NCBI GenBank assembly: GCA_963205445.1
Contig: CAUJJG010000046.1
Coordinates: forward strand, 1-56,898
Direction of reading: 5' to 3'
DNA length: 56,898 nt
DNA from: Pseudomonadota bacterium
GTDB lineage: Bacteria > Pseudomonadota > Gammaproteobacteria > Xanthomonadales > Xanthomonadaceae
Shown here: positions 13,361 to 22,642 of the stretch, piece after piece
Layout of the letters: each line of letters begins with the position of its first letter
Position numbering within the stretch: position 1 is the stretch's first letter
Made by a program: the position numbers and the translations under genes
Notes under the pieces: generated by a model
Seen by the model: only the letters and a program-made list of their open reading frames with translations
The model's database searches: none
What the model was told of the DNA's origin: nothing

Positions 13361-14464
13361 TTGGCGACCATCGTTCAGACCCGTTTGGGGAAGTGGAAAG
13401 CGGTCATTCGGAAGCGTAGATGGCCCACCGTCTCCAAGACCTTCCGCATCCAGAAGGATGCCCTCACCTGGGCAAGGCGAACCGAGGTCGAAATCGAGAA
13501 GGGCATCTTCATCGACCCCTCTCATTCCGAGCGCATCACTTTCGACAAGGCGTTGACCCGGTACCTGTCGGAAGTCGTTCCCACCAAGAAGCCGGCCACC
13601 CAGGAAACCGACCGGTACTGTGCCGAACCCTTGCGGGCCTATTTCGGCAAATACTCCCTGGCCGCCATCAGCCCTGACCTTGTTGCGAGCTATCGGGACA
13701 AGCGCCTGGCGACACCCCTCCAGCGGGTAGATCGCGCTACCGGGAAGCCGCGAACTCTCAGCGCGAACACGGTTCGCCTGGAACTGGCGCTACTCAGCCA
13801 CCTGTTCAACACGGCCATCCGAGAGTGGCGGCTTGGTCTGGTCAGGAACCCGGTCTCCGGCATCCGCAAGCCATCTCCCGGCGAAGGACGCGACAGGCGA
13901 CTTCGCGGCAACGAGGAAGCCCGGTTGAGGCAGGCGCTGGCCAACTACTCCAACCCGATGCTGGGCTGGATCTTCGACATCGCACTGGAAACCGGAATGC
14001 GAAGCGGCGAGATCGCCGGCCTGCGCCTGCACCAGGTTGATGTGCGGCGGCGCATTGTCCGGCTGGCCATTACCAAGAACGAAAGCGCAAGAACGGTTCC
14101 GCTTACACGTCGAGCCGCAGAAGTGTTCGCGTTGGCGCTGGACAACCCCACCCGCCCCGAAGGTTGCGACCTGGTGTTCTTTGGCGAGCCGGGGCGTGAC
14201 GGCAAGCGCCGCCCCTACACGTTCGCCAAGGTCTGGAACGGAATCAAAACGTCGCTTGGTCTCGGGGACTTGCACTTCCACGACCTTCGACACGAAGCCG
14301 TCAGCCGCTTGGTTGAGGCCGGCTTTAGCGACCAAGAGGTTTCGGCGATCAGCGGCCACAAGTCGATGCAGATGTTGAAGCGCTACACGCACCTTCGCGC
14401 TGAAGACTTAGTTGACCGACTGGATGCGGCAGAAGCAGTGAAGACCAAGGGTGCGCCGGGGTAA
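13361..14464 (+). CDS. int: Tyrosine recombinase/integrase
   Basis: ETGMRSGEI (catalytic R), TKN (K), FHDLRHEA (HxxR), ISGHKS (H), LKRYTH (Y); N-terminal arm-binding-like segment; TTG start. Confidence 0.95.
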   Translation: MATIVQTRLGKWKAVIRKRRWPTVSKTFRIQKDALTWARRTEVEIEKGIFIDPSHSERITFDKALTRYLSEVVPTKKPATQETDRYCAEPLRAYFGKYSLAAISPDLVASYRDKRLATPLQRVDRATGKPRTLSANTVRLELALLSHLFNTAIREWRLGLVRNPVSGIRKPSPGEGRDRRLRGNEEARLRQALANYSNPMLGWIFDIALETGMRSGEIAGLRLHQVDVRRRIVRLAITKNESARTVPLTRRAAEVFALALDNPTRPEGCDLVFFGEPGRDGKRRPYTFAKVWNGIKTSLGLGDLHFHDLRHEAVSRLVEAGFSDQEVSAISGHKSMQMLKRYTHLRAEDLVDRLDAAEAVKTKGAPG

Positions 14465-14756
14465 AAAACGACCAGAAAACCCGCCAAAAACATATTTCTT
14501 GGCGGTCGCCATTGCGCATGTCAGACAATTTTCAAGACACAACGAAAAGCAAATTGTTCAGGTTTCAAAGTTTGCTTGACTTCTATGAAACATTGCGCGG
14601 AGACCTTATTTCTAGCCGCATGATGGCAATTGCTCCAAGTGCCAAAATTTGACGTTTTGGCGTTTTCCACAGGTTTTTCTGAACGACCGATTGCGCCGTT
14701 GATGTCGCCGTGGATTCTTGTTCCCGCAAAGCCAAATTGCGCTATCCGGGAACAAC

Positions 14757-14996
14757 GTGAACACACACGAGACAACGACGGTTGATCTACTACTCAAGGT
14801 CACCGGCGGCAGGCCACTTCTCTCCTACGATCAATTGGCCGCAGTCCTCGACCGCAGCCCCAAAGGCCTGAGAACGATTCTTTGCCAGGACAACGAACTG
14901 TCCAGGAAGCTGTTGCCGGCGGCGCGAAAGATTGGACGGCGCAGGTTGTTCAGCGTGCTCGACGTAGCGCGGTTCCTCGACGAATCCGGCGCGTGA
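14757..14996 (+). CDS. Small winged-HTH DNA-binding protein (AlpA/excisionase-like)
   Basis: 79 aa, LLSYDQLAAVLDRSPKGLR...RKIGRRRLFSVLDVARFLD; first gene of the rep-mob operon; GTG start. Confidence 0.7.
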   Translation: MNTHETTTVDLLLKVTGGRPLLSYDQLAAVLDRSPKGLRTILCQDNELSRKLLPAARKIGRRRLFSVLDVARFLDESGA

Positions 14997-15005
14997 GCCA
15001 ACGCC

Positions 15006-15851
15006 ATGGGCGAGCAAATCCACCTGAGATATGACGATGGATTCCCTGAAGGGTTCTCACTCCTGGACAACCGCGATCTCTGGGACGGCACCGGGCGGCA
15101 TAGAAAAGCCCTGCTTCGCCCCGCAACGCTCGGGGTGTATGTCCTCATGTGCAGCCTGCCGAAGGACTGGGTGTTCCGGGAAGCCTGGTTGACTGGTCGC
15201 CTGGGCATTGGCCGGGATGCCCTGCGTCGAATCGTCCGAGAGCTGATCGAGGCCGGCCGCCTGCGCAAGGATGAAATCAGGGACGAGAAGGGCCGATACG
15301 TCCGAACTGAATGGGCGCTACTCCGTGCTGGAAGCCCACGGACTGGAAACCCGTCGACGGCAAAACCCACTGCCGGCAAATCCGCCCCCTTACTAAATAC
15401 AGAAAGCGCAGTAAGTACAGAAAGAACTACTACTACGCGACACACGCCGGACATGGGCGCCAAAGGCCTGCTTGGTCTCGACCAGGTAGTAGTCGCCAGG
15501 AAGCTGATGGGCTTGGAACCGCCGTTGCAGCAAAGCGTCCTGGATGAGCTTGCAGGCAGCATCGAGGATGGCAAAGCCACTTCCCCCTATGGCTTGCTCG
15601 ACAGCCTGGTACACGCCGCAAGGAACGGGAAGTTCAATCTGAGCCGTGGGCTTCGGATCGAGGCTCAACGCAAGCGCCAAGTTGCCATGGTTGCGCAGGC
15701 GCACACCTTCAAAATCGAAGCCGCCATCCTCGATGCCGAAAACGATTGCCGCCTTGGGCTGATCGATGCGCAGGAGCGGGATCGGCGGGTCGCTGGAGCA
15801 CGCCAGCAACCACCAAGCGTGCCTGATCGATCCGCGAGAGTCCGGTCATGA
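15006..15851 (+). CDS. Putative replication initiator (N-terminal wHTH, phage-initiator-like)
   Basis: LGVYVLMCSLPKDW...GIGRDALRRIVRELIEAG HTH, then a repetitive linker with DNA-level direct repeats. Confidence 0.65.
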   Translation: MGEQIHLRYDDGFPEGFSLLDNRDLWDGTGRHRKALLRPATLGVYVLMCSLPKDWVFREAWLTGRLGIGRDALRRIVRELIEAGRLRKDEIRDEKGRYVRTEWALLRAGSPRTGNPSTAKPTAGKSAPLLNTESAVSTERTTTTRHTPDMGAKGLLGLDQVVVARKLMGLEPPLQQSVLDELAGSIEDGKATSPYGLLDSLVHAARNGKFNLSRGLRIEAQRKRQVAMVAQAHTFKIEAAILDAENDCRLGLIDAQERDRRVAGARQQPPSVPDRSARVRS

Positions 15852-16387
15852 GCAGCACACGACCAACGATCAAGGCGTACCTGTCGCCCGATCTGCTGGA
15901 GCGATGGACAAGGTATTGCAGGCAGCATTCGACCACGAGCAGCAGTGCGATCAAGCAGATGGTGCGGAAACTCACGACGGCACCAGGACATGCCGGGCCA
16001 GCACCTGCCTGTGCGTCGCTGGAGGACACGCCAGACAGGTCGCGGCGGCGCATGCAGCTTCGGCTTACCCAATCCGAATTCGACAAGATCGACGCATTCG
16101 CCCGGCAGGCAGGCGAATCCGCAACGCAGTGGGTGGTGAATCTCATCCGGAAGAACCTGACAGGTGAACCCCAGCCAGGAATGGCCGAACTGACTGCGCT
16201 CGGGCAATCCAACCGGCAGCTGGCCGCCATCGGCACCAACCTCAACCAGATAGCCCGTCGGTTGAATGCCGAGGGAGGGAATGTTGACGCGGAACGCGTG
16301 CTCGCGTTCCGGCATGAAGTCATGAGCCATCTCGCAGCCGTGAACAAAGTCATGCTCGCCAACCGTCAGCGCTGGGTCATCCGATGA
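15848..16387 (+). CDS. mobC: MobC-family relaxosome accessory protein
   Basis: RHH-like RMQLRLTQSEF and the signature QLAAIGTNLNQIARRLN; overlaps the relaxase start. Confidence 0.88.
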   Translation: MSSTRPTIKAYLSPDLLERWTRYCRQHSTTSSSAIKQMVRKLTTAPGHAGPAPACASLEDTPDRSRRRMQLRLTQSEFDKIDAFARQAGESATQWVVNLIRKNLTGEPQPGMAELTALGQSNRQLAAIGTNLNQIARRLNAEGGNVDAERVLAFRHEVMSHLAAVNKVMLANRQRWVIR

Positions 16388-17343
16388 AACTCATCGATGA
16401 CGCACTGATCGATTGGGACGACGCGTTCCGCTTCAAGCCGCGCAAGGGCCGCGTCTGCAGACTGACCCTCACCCGATCGAAGGTGAATCCACCCGACGCG
16501 ACGCCACTGCGCGTCAGGGGAGCACCCGCAGCGCGGTCGCGGCTGATCAGGATCGTGCGCAAGGCTCCCGAAGTCATGGTCAAGGTTTCGGGCGGCGGCC
16601 GTGGCATGGGCCGGATCAAGGCGCACCTCGATTACATCTCACGCAATGGCGACGTTGCATTGGAGAACGAAGCTGGCCAGATCATCGATGGCCGTGATGC
16701 TGTGCGCGACCTTCGAGACGAATGGAAGTTCGGCCTGTACGGCATCCCCGAGGAAAGCCACCGGAAAGAAGCATTCAACATCGTGCTGTCCATGCCCCCT
16801 GGCACCGACCGCAAGGCCGTCACCGACGCAGCCCGGGCCTTTGCCGTGGCCGAGTTCGGCAACAACCACCAGTACGTCTTTGCCACCCACCACGACGAGG
16901 CGCACCCGCACGTCCACTTGTGCGTGAAAGCGCTGGGCGTGGACGGCACACGCTTGAACCCTCGCAAGCCGGACTTGCAACGGTGGCGGGAGCGGTTCGC
17001 CGAAGCATTGCACGAGCATGGCATCGATGCGAACGCCACACCGCGCGGCATGCGCGGCTCACGGCACAGAACCGTGAAGCAGGCGAGTCGGCATGCGGCG
17101 AAATCGCCCATGCCGCAGGAACGCGCTGCACGTCCCGCTACGCCTCCCCCGCAGACCACCAGGGCGTACGGCACGCTTGCACGAGTGTTGGCCCGTGGCG
17201 GGGCTGAGGATCGCTCCCTGGCCATTGCCATCACCAAGGTCGTGTCTGCGATGCAGCCGCCGCAGGAAGGCGAGCGTCAGGGCAAGGCGCCAGCGCATCC
17301 ACTGGACACGCTCAGCAAAAGGTCGAAGGACAGAGACCGCTGA
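16384..17343 (+). CDS. Relaxase, MOBP / VirD2-like
   Basis: EVMVKVSGGG...HLDYISRNG (catalytic Tyr), NIVLSMPPGT, HHDEAHPHVH (HUH triad), WRERFAEAL. Confidence 0.92.
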   Translation: MKLIDDALIDWDDAFRFKPRKGRVCRLTLTRSKVNPPDATPLRVRGAPAARSRLIRIVRKAPEVMVKVSGGGRGMGRIKAHLDYISRNGDVALENEAGQIIDGRDAVRDLRDEWKFGLYGIPEESHRKEAFNIVLSMPPGTDRKAVTDAARAFAVAEFGNNHQYVFATHHDEAHPHVHLCVKALGVDGTRLNPRKPDLQRWRERFAEALHEHGIDANATPRGMRGSRHRTVKQASRHAAKSPMPQERAARPATPPPQTTRAYGTLARVLARGGAEDRSLAIAITKVVSAMQPPQEGERQGKAPAHPLDTLSKRSKDRDR

Positions 17344-17353
17344 CTACCTTCAA

Positions 17354-17568
17354 ATTTCGTCATGACGAAATCCAGGCCCTGTTTGCCGGAGCCGTTTGAG
17401 GCCTCAATTTTTTGCACGTACAAAATGCGCGACATCGAATCGCTTTCGCGCAGCCGGAGTATAGTGAGGCATCAATTTTTCGTAAGTACGAAACCGGCTG
17501 ATTGAAGTGGACTAAGGCAGGATAGGCTGTCGCCGCCAAAGTGGTCCCACTTTGTTTGTCATGACAAA
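17354..17568. repeat. Cluster of four related 14-18 bp palindromes plus one separate inverted repeat
   Basis: ATTTCGTCATGACGAAAT (17354-17371), TTTTGCACGTACAAAA (17410-17425), TTTCGTAAGTACGAAA (17478-17493), TTTGTCATGACAAA (17555-17568); CAAAGTGG-TC-CCACTTTG (17537-17554). Confidence 0.75.
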
Positions 17569-17604
17569 TTCCGAAATCGATGCAGCACCTTCCGCGAGGA
17601 TGAA

Positions 17605-17874
17605 ATGACCTACACCTACGAGCAGGTACTGGCCTACGAAGTGGCCCGTGAACTGATCAATTCGCACATTGCGGATTGCTCTGCGGTATTAGGCGAAGAG
17701 GAAGAAAAAGTGGAGCCAGACCATGCGCGCATCGAGCAGGCGCATCGGAAGATGGATGTGCTCTTCCACGAACGGGAACAGATGGAATTGACCGACGATG
17801 CCGCCGTCAGCGCCATCACTGCCAAGTACCGGCGGGGGCCGCGCGTGGGCCCATCACCCCAGGCGATGGTCTGA
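17605..17874 (+). CDS. Small acidic helical hypothetical protein
   Basis: 89 aa with a GAGGA RBS and coherent helical composition. Confidence 0.7.
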   Translation: MTYTYEQVLAYEVARELINSHIADCSAVLGEEEEKVEPDHARIEQAHRKMDVLFHEREQMELTDDAAVSAITAKYRRGPRVGPSPQAMV

Positions 17875-18029
17875 ATCCGCCCGCCGGCAGAACTGGCTAG
17901 CCATGCGCTTCGCGGTCATCGCCCCCACCCCCAGATTTATTCATGGGTAAATGTTTGCTCCCGCCGCCCTGCGGCCTGCCAGCCGGTTCGCCAGCGGCGC
18001 CAGCACCGGAGCCAGCCCTGGGCTGAGGA

Positions 18030-18065
18030 TTGATTTGCGGCCCATGTACGGTATCATTCCGTACA
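18030..18065 (+). promoter_or_regulatory. Promoter and antitoxin operator of the DUF1778/GNAT module
   Basis: TTGATT-N16-TATCAT, with the perfect inverted repeat TGTACGG-N7-CCGTACA (18045-18065) enclosing the -10 box. Confidence 0.8.
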
Positions 18066-18077
18066 AGGAGAACCGCC

Positions 18078-18344
18078 ATGACCACTGCCGCCGCCCGCCT
18101 CGACCTGCGCCTGAACCCCACCGACAAGGCGCGCATTAGCCGCGCCGCCGACCTGCGTGGCGTGCCGCTGTCCGCGTTCGTGCGCGATGCGGTCCTGCGC
18201 GAAGCCGAAAACGTCATGGCGGCCGAACTGACCGTCACCCTCTCGGCGGAAGAATCGCGGCGCTTCCTCGATGCGCTGGACAAGCCGTTCAAGCCCAATG
18301 CCAAGCTGAAGAAGGCGATGGAGCGCGGTCTGGCGCGGCGCTGA
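18078..18344 (+). CDS. DUF1778 RHH antitoxin (TacA/AtaR-like)
   Basis: ARLDLRL...RAADLRGVPLSAFV...LSAEESRRFLDALDKPFKPNAKL; AAGGAG RBS. Confidence 0.9.
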   Translation: MTTAAARLDLRLNPTDKARISRAADLRGVPLSAFVRDAVLREAENVMAAELTVTLSAEESRRFLDALDKPFKPNAKLKKAMERGLARR

Positions 18345-18347
18345 GCC

Positions 18348-18836
18348 ATGTTGCGGGTCGAACGGCTGGATGGCCGCAAGCACGATCGGAACGGATTCGA
18401 CTGCGGCGTACCCGCATTGAACGCCTATCTGCAAAAGCAAGCCAGTCAGCATCATCGCGATGGCATCGCCACCACGCATGTGCTGATCGACGATCCGGCG
18501 CCCTCGCGCATTCTCGGCTACTACACCCTGGCGGCGGCTCAGCTGCCGCTCCTCGGCCTGAGCTCGGCCGACCAGCGCCGCCTGCCACGCCATCCGGTTC
18601 CGGCTGCGCGCCTGGCCCGTCTGGCCGTTGCCGTGCCTGAGCAGGGTCAGGGTTTGGGTGAAGCACTTCTACAGAATGCGGTCAAGCAATGTCTGGCGCT
18701 GCGTAAACAGATTGGCGTGCGCCTGCTCGTCGTGGATGCCAAGGACGACCGCGCAGCAAGCTTCTACGCTGCATTCGGCTTCCGGACCACGGCCGAGCAA
18801 GCACACACACTGTATTTGCCGCTGGGAACTGTATGA
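18348..18836 (+). CDS. GNAT acetyltransferase toxin (TacT/AtaT-like)
   Basis: HDRNGFDCGVPALNAYL, LARLAV, QGQGLGEALL acetyl-CoA motif, VVDAKD...FYAAFGF. Confidence 0.9.
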   Translation: MLRVERLDGRKHDRNGFDCGVPALNAYLQKQASQHHRDGIATTHVLIDDPAPSRILGYYTLAAAQLPLLGLSSADQRRLPRHPVPAARLARLAVAVPEQGQGLGEALLQNAVKQCLALRKQIGVRLLVVDAKDDRAASFYAAFGFRTTAEQAHTLYLPLGTV

Positions 18837-18982
18837 ACATCGACAGGGCGTTGTGAAGCTAAATAACTTAGTGCTAACAAGCGGCGTGCACGTTTTGCGG
18901 CCATGATGTTCAAGGCGGCAAAAAGACAATCCGTGAACGCAGGCATGCAGGTCGGATGAGCCCGGCGCGAAGGATAGAGAGG

Positions 18983-21900
18983 ATGACCGATAACAGTAAA
19001 TCTCGTTGCAGCATTCGCGACAACCACAGCCGGGGGGAAGTCGCCAGTTTTCTGGCTGACAAAATCACGTCCGGCAGCAAGCTATCCGTGGTGTCTGCTT
19101 ACTTCACCATTTACGCTTACGACGCACTATCACGCGAACTGGATCAAGTCGAACACCTCGACTTCCTGTTTGGCGAACCGCGCTTCATCTCCTCACTCGA
19201 TCCGGAAAAGACCGACAAAAAAGCTTTTCATATCGAAGACGAAGGTTTGGCGCTTGCCAACCGTTTGCATCAGAAAGAAATCGCTCAACGCTGCGCGAAT
19301 TGGATACGCAGTAAAGTGGACATCCGCTCCATTCGCCAAGCCAATCTCCTGCACGGAAAGCTCTACCACATCGATGATGGGCGGCGCGAGCACGCGATAC
19401 TCGGAAGTTCCAACTTCACCCAACGCGGATTGGGCTTGTCCACCACGCCCAATATCGAATTAAACTTGATCGTCGACAGCGACCGCGACCGTAGCGACTT
19501 GAAGCAATGGTTCGACGAGCTCTGGAACGATGCAACTCTCGTTGAGGACGTGAAGGAGGGGGTACTGAGCTACCTAGAGCAGCTCTATACCAATCACGCC
19601 CCGGAATTCATCTACTTCAAGACCTTGTATCACGTCTTCGAGCGTTTCCTTTCCGGTCAGCAGGCCGATGCTGCTCTGTTCGACCAGACGGCTATCATCG
19701 ACACAGATATCTGGAAAGCCCTGTTCGACTTCCAGAAAGACGGCGTCAAGGGTGCGATCCACAAGATCAATAACCACAACGGCTGCATACTGGCCGATAG
19801 CGTGGGCCTTGGAAAAACCTATTCTGCGCTGGCTGTAATCAAGTACTTCGAACTGCGCAACTACCGCGTGCTGGTGCTATGCCCAAAGAAACTTCGTGAC
19901 AATTGGACGGTCTATCTGGCCCAGAACAACAGCGACCTGAACCCGTTTCTCGGAGATCGTTTCGCCTACACCGTGCTCTCGCACACCGACCTGTCGCGTG
20001 ACATCGGCAAGGTCGATGGCATTGATCTTGGTACGCTCAACTGGGGCAACTTCGATCTTGTCGTCATCGACGAATCGCACAACTTCCGCAACAACACCAA
20101 AGGCAAGTTTGACGAAGACGGCAATCTGATACGCAAGAGCCGCTACGAGCGCCTGATGGACGACATCATCAAGGCGGGAGTCAATACCAAAGTGATGCTG
20201 TTGTCCGCTACTCCGGTCAACAACGATCTGAAAGACTTGCGAAATCAGATCTATTTCGTCACCGAAGGGCAAGATGCTGCATACGCGCAGAGCTTCGGTA
20301 TCAACAACATCAAGGACACACTCACCACCGCTCAGCGTACCTTCACTGAGTGGGCCAAACGTAGCGGCGAGAAGGACGCGCGCGAACTCATGGATCGACT
20401 TCCGGCCGGCTTTTTCAGCCTGCTGGATGAGCTCACCATCGCTAGGTCGCGCAAGCACATCAAGAAATACTACAAATCAACGATGACACAGATCGGGCAC
20501 TTCCCCAAGCGCAAGAAGCCCGAATCCATCTTTTCGGATATTGATCTGAAGGGGCGCTTTCTGTCCTACGACAAGTTGAACGACGAGATCGACAACTACC
20601 AGTTGTCCATCTTCAAGCCATCCAAGTACGTGTTGGAAGCATTCAAGTCACATTATGAAGATCACCGCATCAAGAACTTCAGCCAAGAGAACCGCGAGCA
20701 GTTCCTGATTGGAATGATGAAGGTCAACTTTCTCAAGCGGCTGGAGAGCTCGGTGCGCTCCTTTGCCATTACTATGGAACGCACGGTCAAGAAAATCGAG
20801 AGCCTGGAAAATCGCCTAAAGCAGTTTCAGGCACACCAGGCCAAAGCCACAGACGATGTGCAAATCGACCTGCTCACAGTAACGGAGGAGGAAGACGAAG
20901 ATCTGGTTGACGCCTTCCAGGTTGGCACCAAGCTCAAATACCGCATGGAACATATGGATGTGGCCGCATGGCTGACTGATTTGGCCACCGACAAGCAGCA
21001 GCTATCCCTGCTGGCCGATGCTGCGCAAGCGGTCGACGCCACACGCGATGCCAAGTTGGCTGAGCTGAAGCGCTTGATCGAACACAAGGTGCACCACCCC
21101 AGTACCAACATATGTGGCGAAGCGAACCGCAAGGTCATCGTGTTTTGCGCCTTTGCCGACACTGCTGCCTATCTGTATGAAGAACTTGAAGACTGGGCGC
21201 GCAAAACGCTCGGCATCCACATCGCGTTGGTGTCCGGCGGCACGCGCCCCAATCGCAGCACCTTCGGACAAGCCGAGTTCAGCCACATCCTCACCAATTT
21301 CGCCCCGCGCGCCAAGCAACGTAGCAAGATGAAGTCCATGCCGCAGGATGGCGAAATTGACCTACTCATCGCCACCGACTGTATCTCCGAAGGCCAGAAC
21401 CTGCAGGACTGCGACTACCTGATCAATTACGACATCCATTGGAATCCGGTGCGCATCATCCAGCGTTTCGGCCGTATCGACCGCATCGGCAGCCCCAACA
21501 AGGAAATCCAGCTGGTCAACTTTTGGCCCACGCCCGATCTCAACAAGTACATCAACCTGAAGAACCGTGTCGAAGCGCGCATGGCACTGGTCGATATCGC
21601 CGCTACAGCAGAAGACAACATCCTGCAAGCAGAAGACCTGGAAGATTTGATCAAGCAGGATCTGCGCTACCGCGACAAGCAACTGCTGCGTCTGAAAGAC
21701 GAAGTGCTGGATCTTGAGGACTTCAACGAAACTGTGGCACTGAACGAGTTCACACTGGACGATTTCCGCATGGATCTGGCCGCCTACATCGAGGCCAACC
21801 GCGAAAAATTGGAGGAGGCCCCTTTGGGCCTGTATGCGCTGGTGCCGCCGCATGGGGACTTCCAGACAATCAAGCCCGGCGTCATCTATTGCCTGAAGCA

Positions 21901-22279
21901 GCGTTTGCACGCAGCGGGCAACGAGGCGGTGAACCCGCTACAACCTTACTTCCTCGTTTACATTCGCGACGATGGCGAGGTGCGTTACAACTTCACCGCT
22001 CCCAAGCAGGTGCTGGAGATCTTCCGCGCCGTTTGTCAGGGGCAGTCCGAGCCGTATGCCAAGCTGTGCGAACTGTTCGATACCGAAACCGCCCACGGCC
22101 AGGATATGAGCCGCTACAGTGGTTTGCTGGACAAAGCCGTGGCCGCCATTGCCGCGAAGTTTGGCCGCAAGAACGCCGGCAATCTTCTCACCGGACGCAG
22201 CGGCAAACTGGTCAGTACCCAGGCGGCCATCAAGGGCAATGGCGACTTTGACTTGATCACCTGGCTGGTCATAAAATAG
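18983..22279 (+). CDS. PLD-nuclease / SNF2-family helicase fusion
   Basis: N-terminal HGKLYHID (HxKx4D), GSSNFT, NIELN; helicase motifs LADSVGLGKT, IDESHN, LSATP, SEGQNLQ, QRFGRIDRIG. Confidence 0.92.
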   Translation: MTDNSKSRCSIRDNHSRGEVASFLADKITSGSKLSVVSAYFTIYAYDALSRELDQVEHLDFLFGEPRFISSLDPEKTDKKAFHIEDEGLALANRLHQKEIAQRCANWIRSKVDIRSIRQANLLHGKLYHIDDGRREHAILGSSNFTQRGLGLSTTPNIELNLIVDSDRDRSDLKQWFDELWNDATLVEDVKEGVLSYLEQLYTNHAPEFIYFKTLYHVFERFLSGQQADAALFDQTAIIDTDIWKALFDFQKDGVKGAIHKINNHNGCILADSVGLGKTYSALAVIKYFELRNYRVLVLCPKKLRDNWTVYLAQNNSDLNPFLGDRFAYTVLSHTDLSRDIGKVDGIDLGTLNWGNFDLVVIDESHNFRNNTKGKFDEDGNLIRKSRYERLMDDIIKAGVNTKVMLLSATPVNNDLKDLRNQIYFVTEGQDAAYAQSFGINNIKDTLTTAQRTFTEWAKRSGEKDARELMDRLPAGFFSLLDELTIARSRKHIKKYYKSTMTQIGHFPKRKKPESIFSDIDLKGRFLSYDKLNDEIDNYQLSIFKPSKYVLEAFKSHYEDHRIKNFSQENREQFLIGMMKVNFLKRLESSVRSFAITMERTVKKIESLENRLKQFQAHQAKATDDVQIDLLTVTEEEDEDLVDAFQVGTKLKYRMEHMDVAAWLTDLATDKQQLSLLADAAQAVDATRDAKLAELKRLIEHKVHHPSTNICGEANRKVIVFCAFADTAAYLYEELEDWARKTLGIHIALVSGGTRPNRSTFGQAEFSHILTNFAPRAKQRSKMKSMPQDGEIDLLIATDCISEGQNLQDCDYLINYDIHWNPVRIIQRFGRIDRIGSPNKEIQLVNFWPTPDLNKYINLKNRVEARMALVDIAATAEDNILQAEDLEDLIKQDLRYRDKQLLRLKDEVLDLEDFNETVALNEFTLDDFRMDLAAYIEANREKLEEAPLGLYALVPPHGDFQTIKPGVIYCLKQRLHAAGNEAVNPLQPYFLVYIRDDGEVRYNFTAPKQVLEIFRAVCQGQSEPYAKLCELFDTETAHGQDMSRYSGLLDKAVAAIAAKFGRKNAGNLLTGRSGKLVSTQAAIKGNGDFDLITWLVIK

Positions 22280-22312
22280 ATACGGATTCGTAGATACGCA
22301 AAGAGGCCACCC

Positions 22313-22642
22313 ATGACCGCGACTGCCAAGGTGTTCATCACGGGTCACAGCCAGGCCATCCGCTTGCCCAAGGCGTACCGGGTGGACGTAGAGGAAATGT
22401 GGATCTCACGCAACGAGGTGACGGGTGAGATCACTCTGCGCCCCAAGGACTCGGGGCTGCTGCGCCAGCAGCGGCTGGAAGCGTTGATATCGGCCATTGC
22501 CGAAGACCCGTTGCCCCATGACTTTCTGTCGGAGTCCCAGCGTCGCAACGCACCACCCATCGACCCTTTTGCGCAGCCGGTATCGGCCACGGCTAAGAAG
22601 ACCCCCACCAAGCGCAGCGCCAAGCCCAAGGGGCGGGCGTGA
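22313..22642 (+). CDS. vapB: VapB antitoxin (AbrB/MazE-like)
   Basis: TAKVFITGHSQAIRLPKAYR; overlaps the PIN gene by 4 nt. Confidence 0.88.
   Translation: MTATAKVFITGHSQAIRLPKAYRVDVEEMWISRNEVTGEITLRPKDSGLLRQQRLEALISAIAEDPLPHDFLSESQRRNAPPIDPFAQPVSATAKKTPTKRSAKPKGRA

Noticed and set aside
14465-14756. oriT or promoter assignment in the int-HTH intergenic region
   Set aside because: AT-rich with a CCGCCAA/TTGGCGG hairpin and TTGAC boxes, but no convincing -10 spacing or recognisable nic motif, so it is left unassigned.
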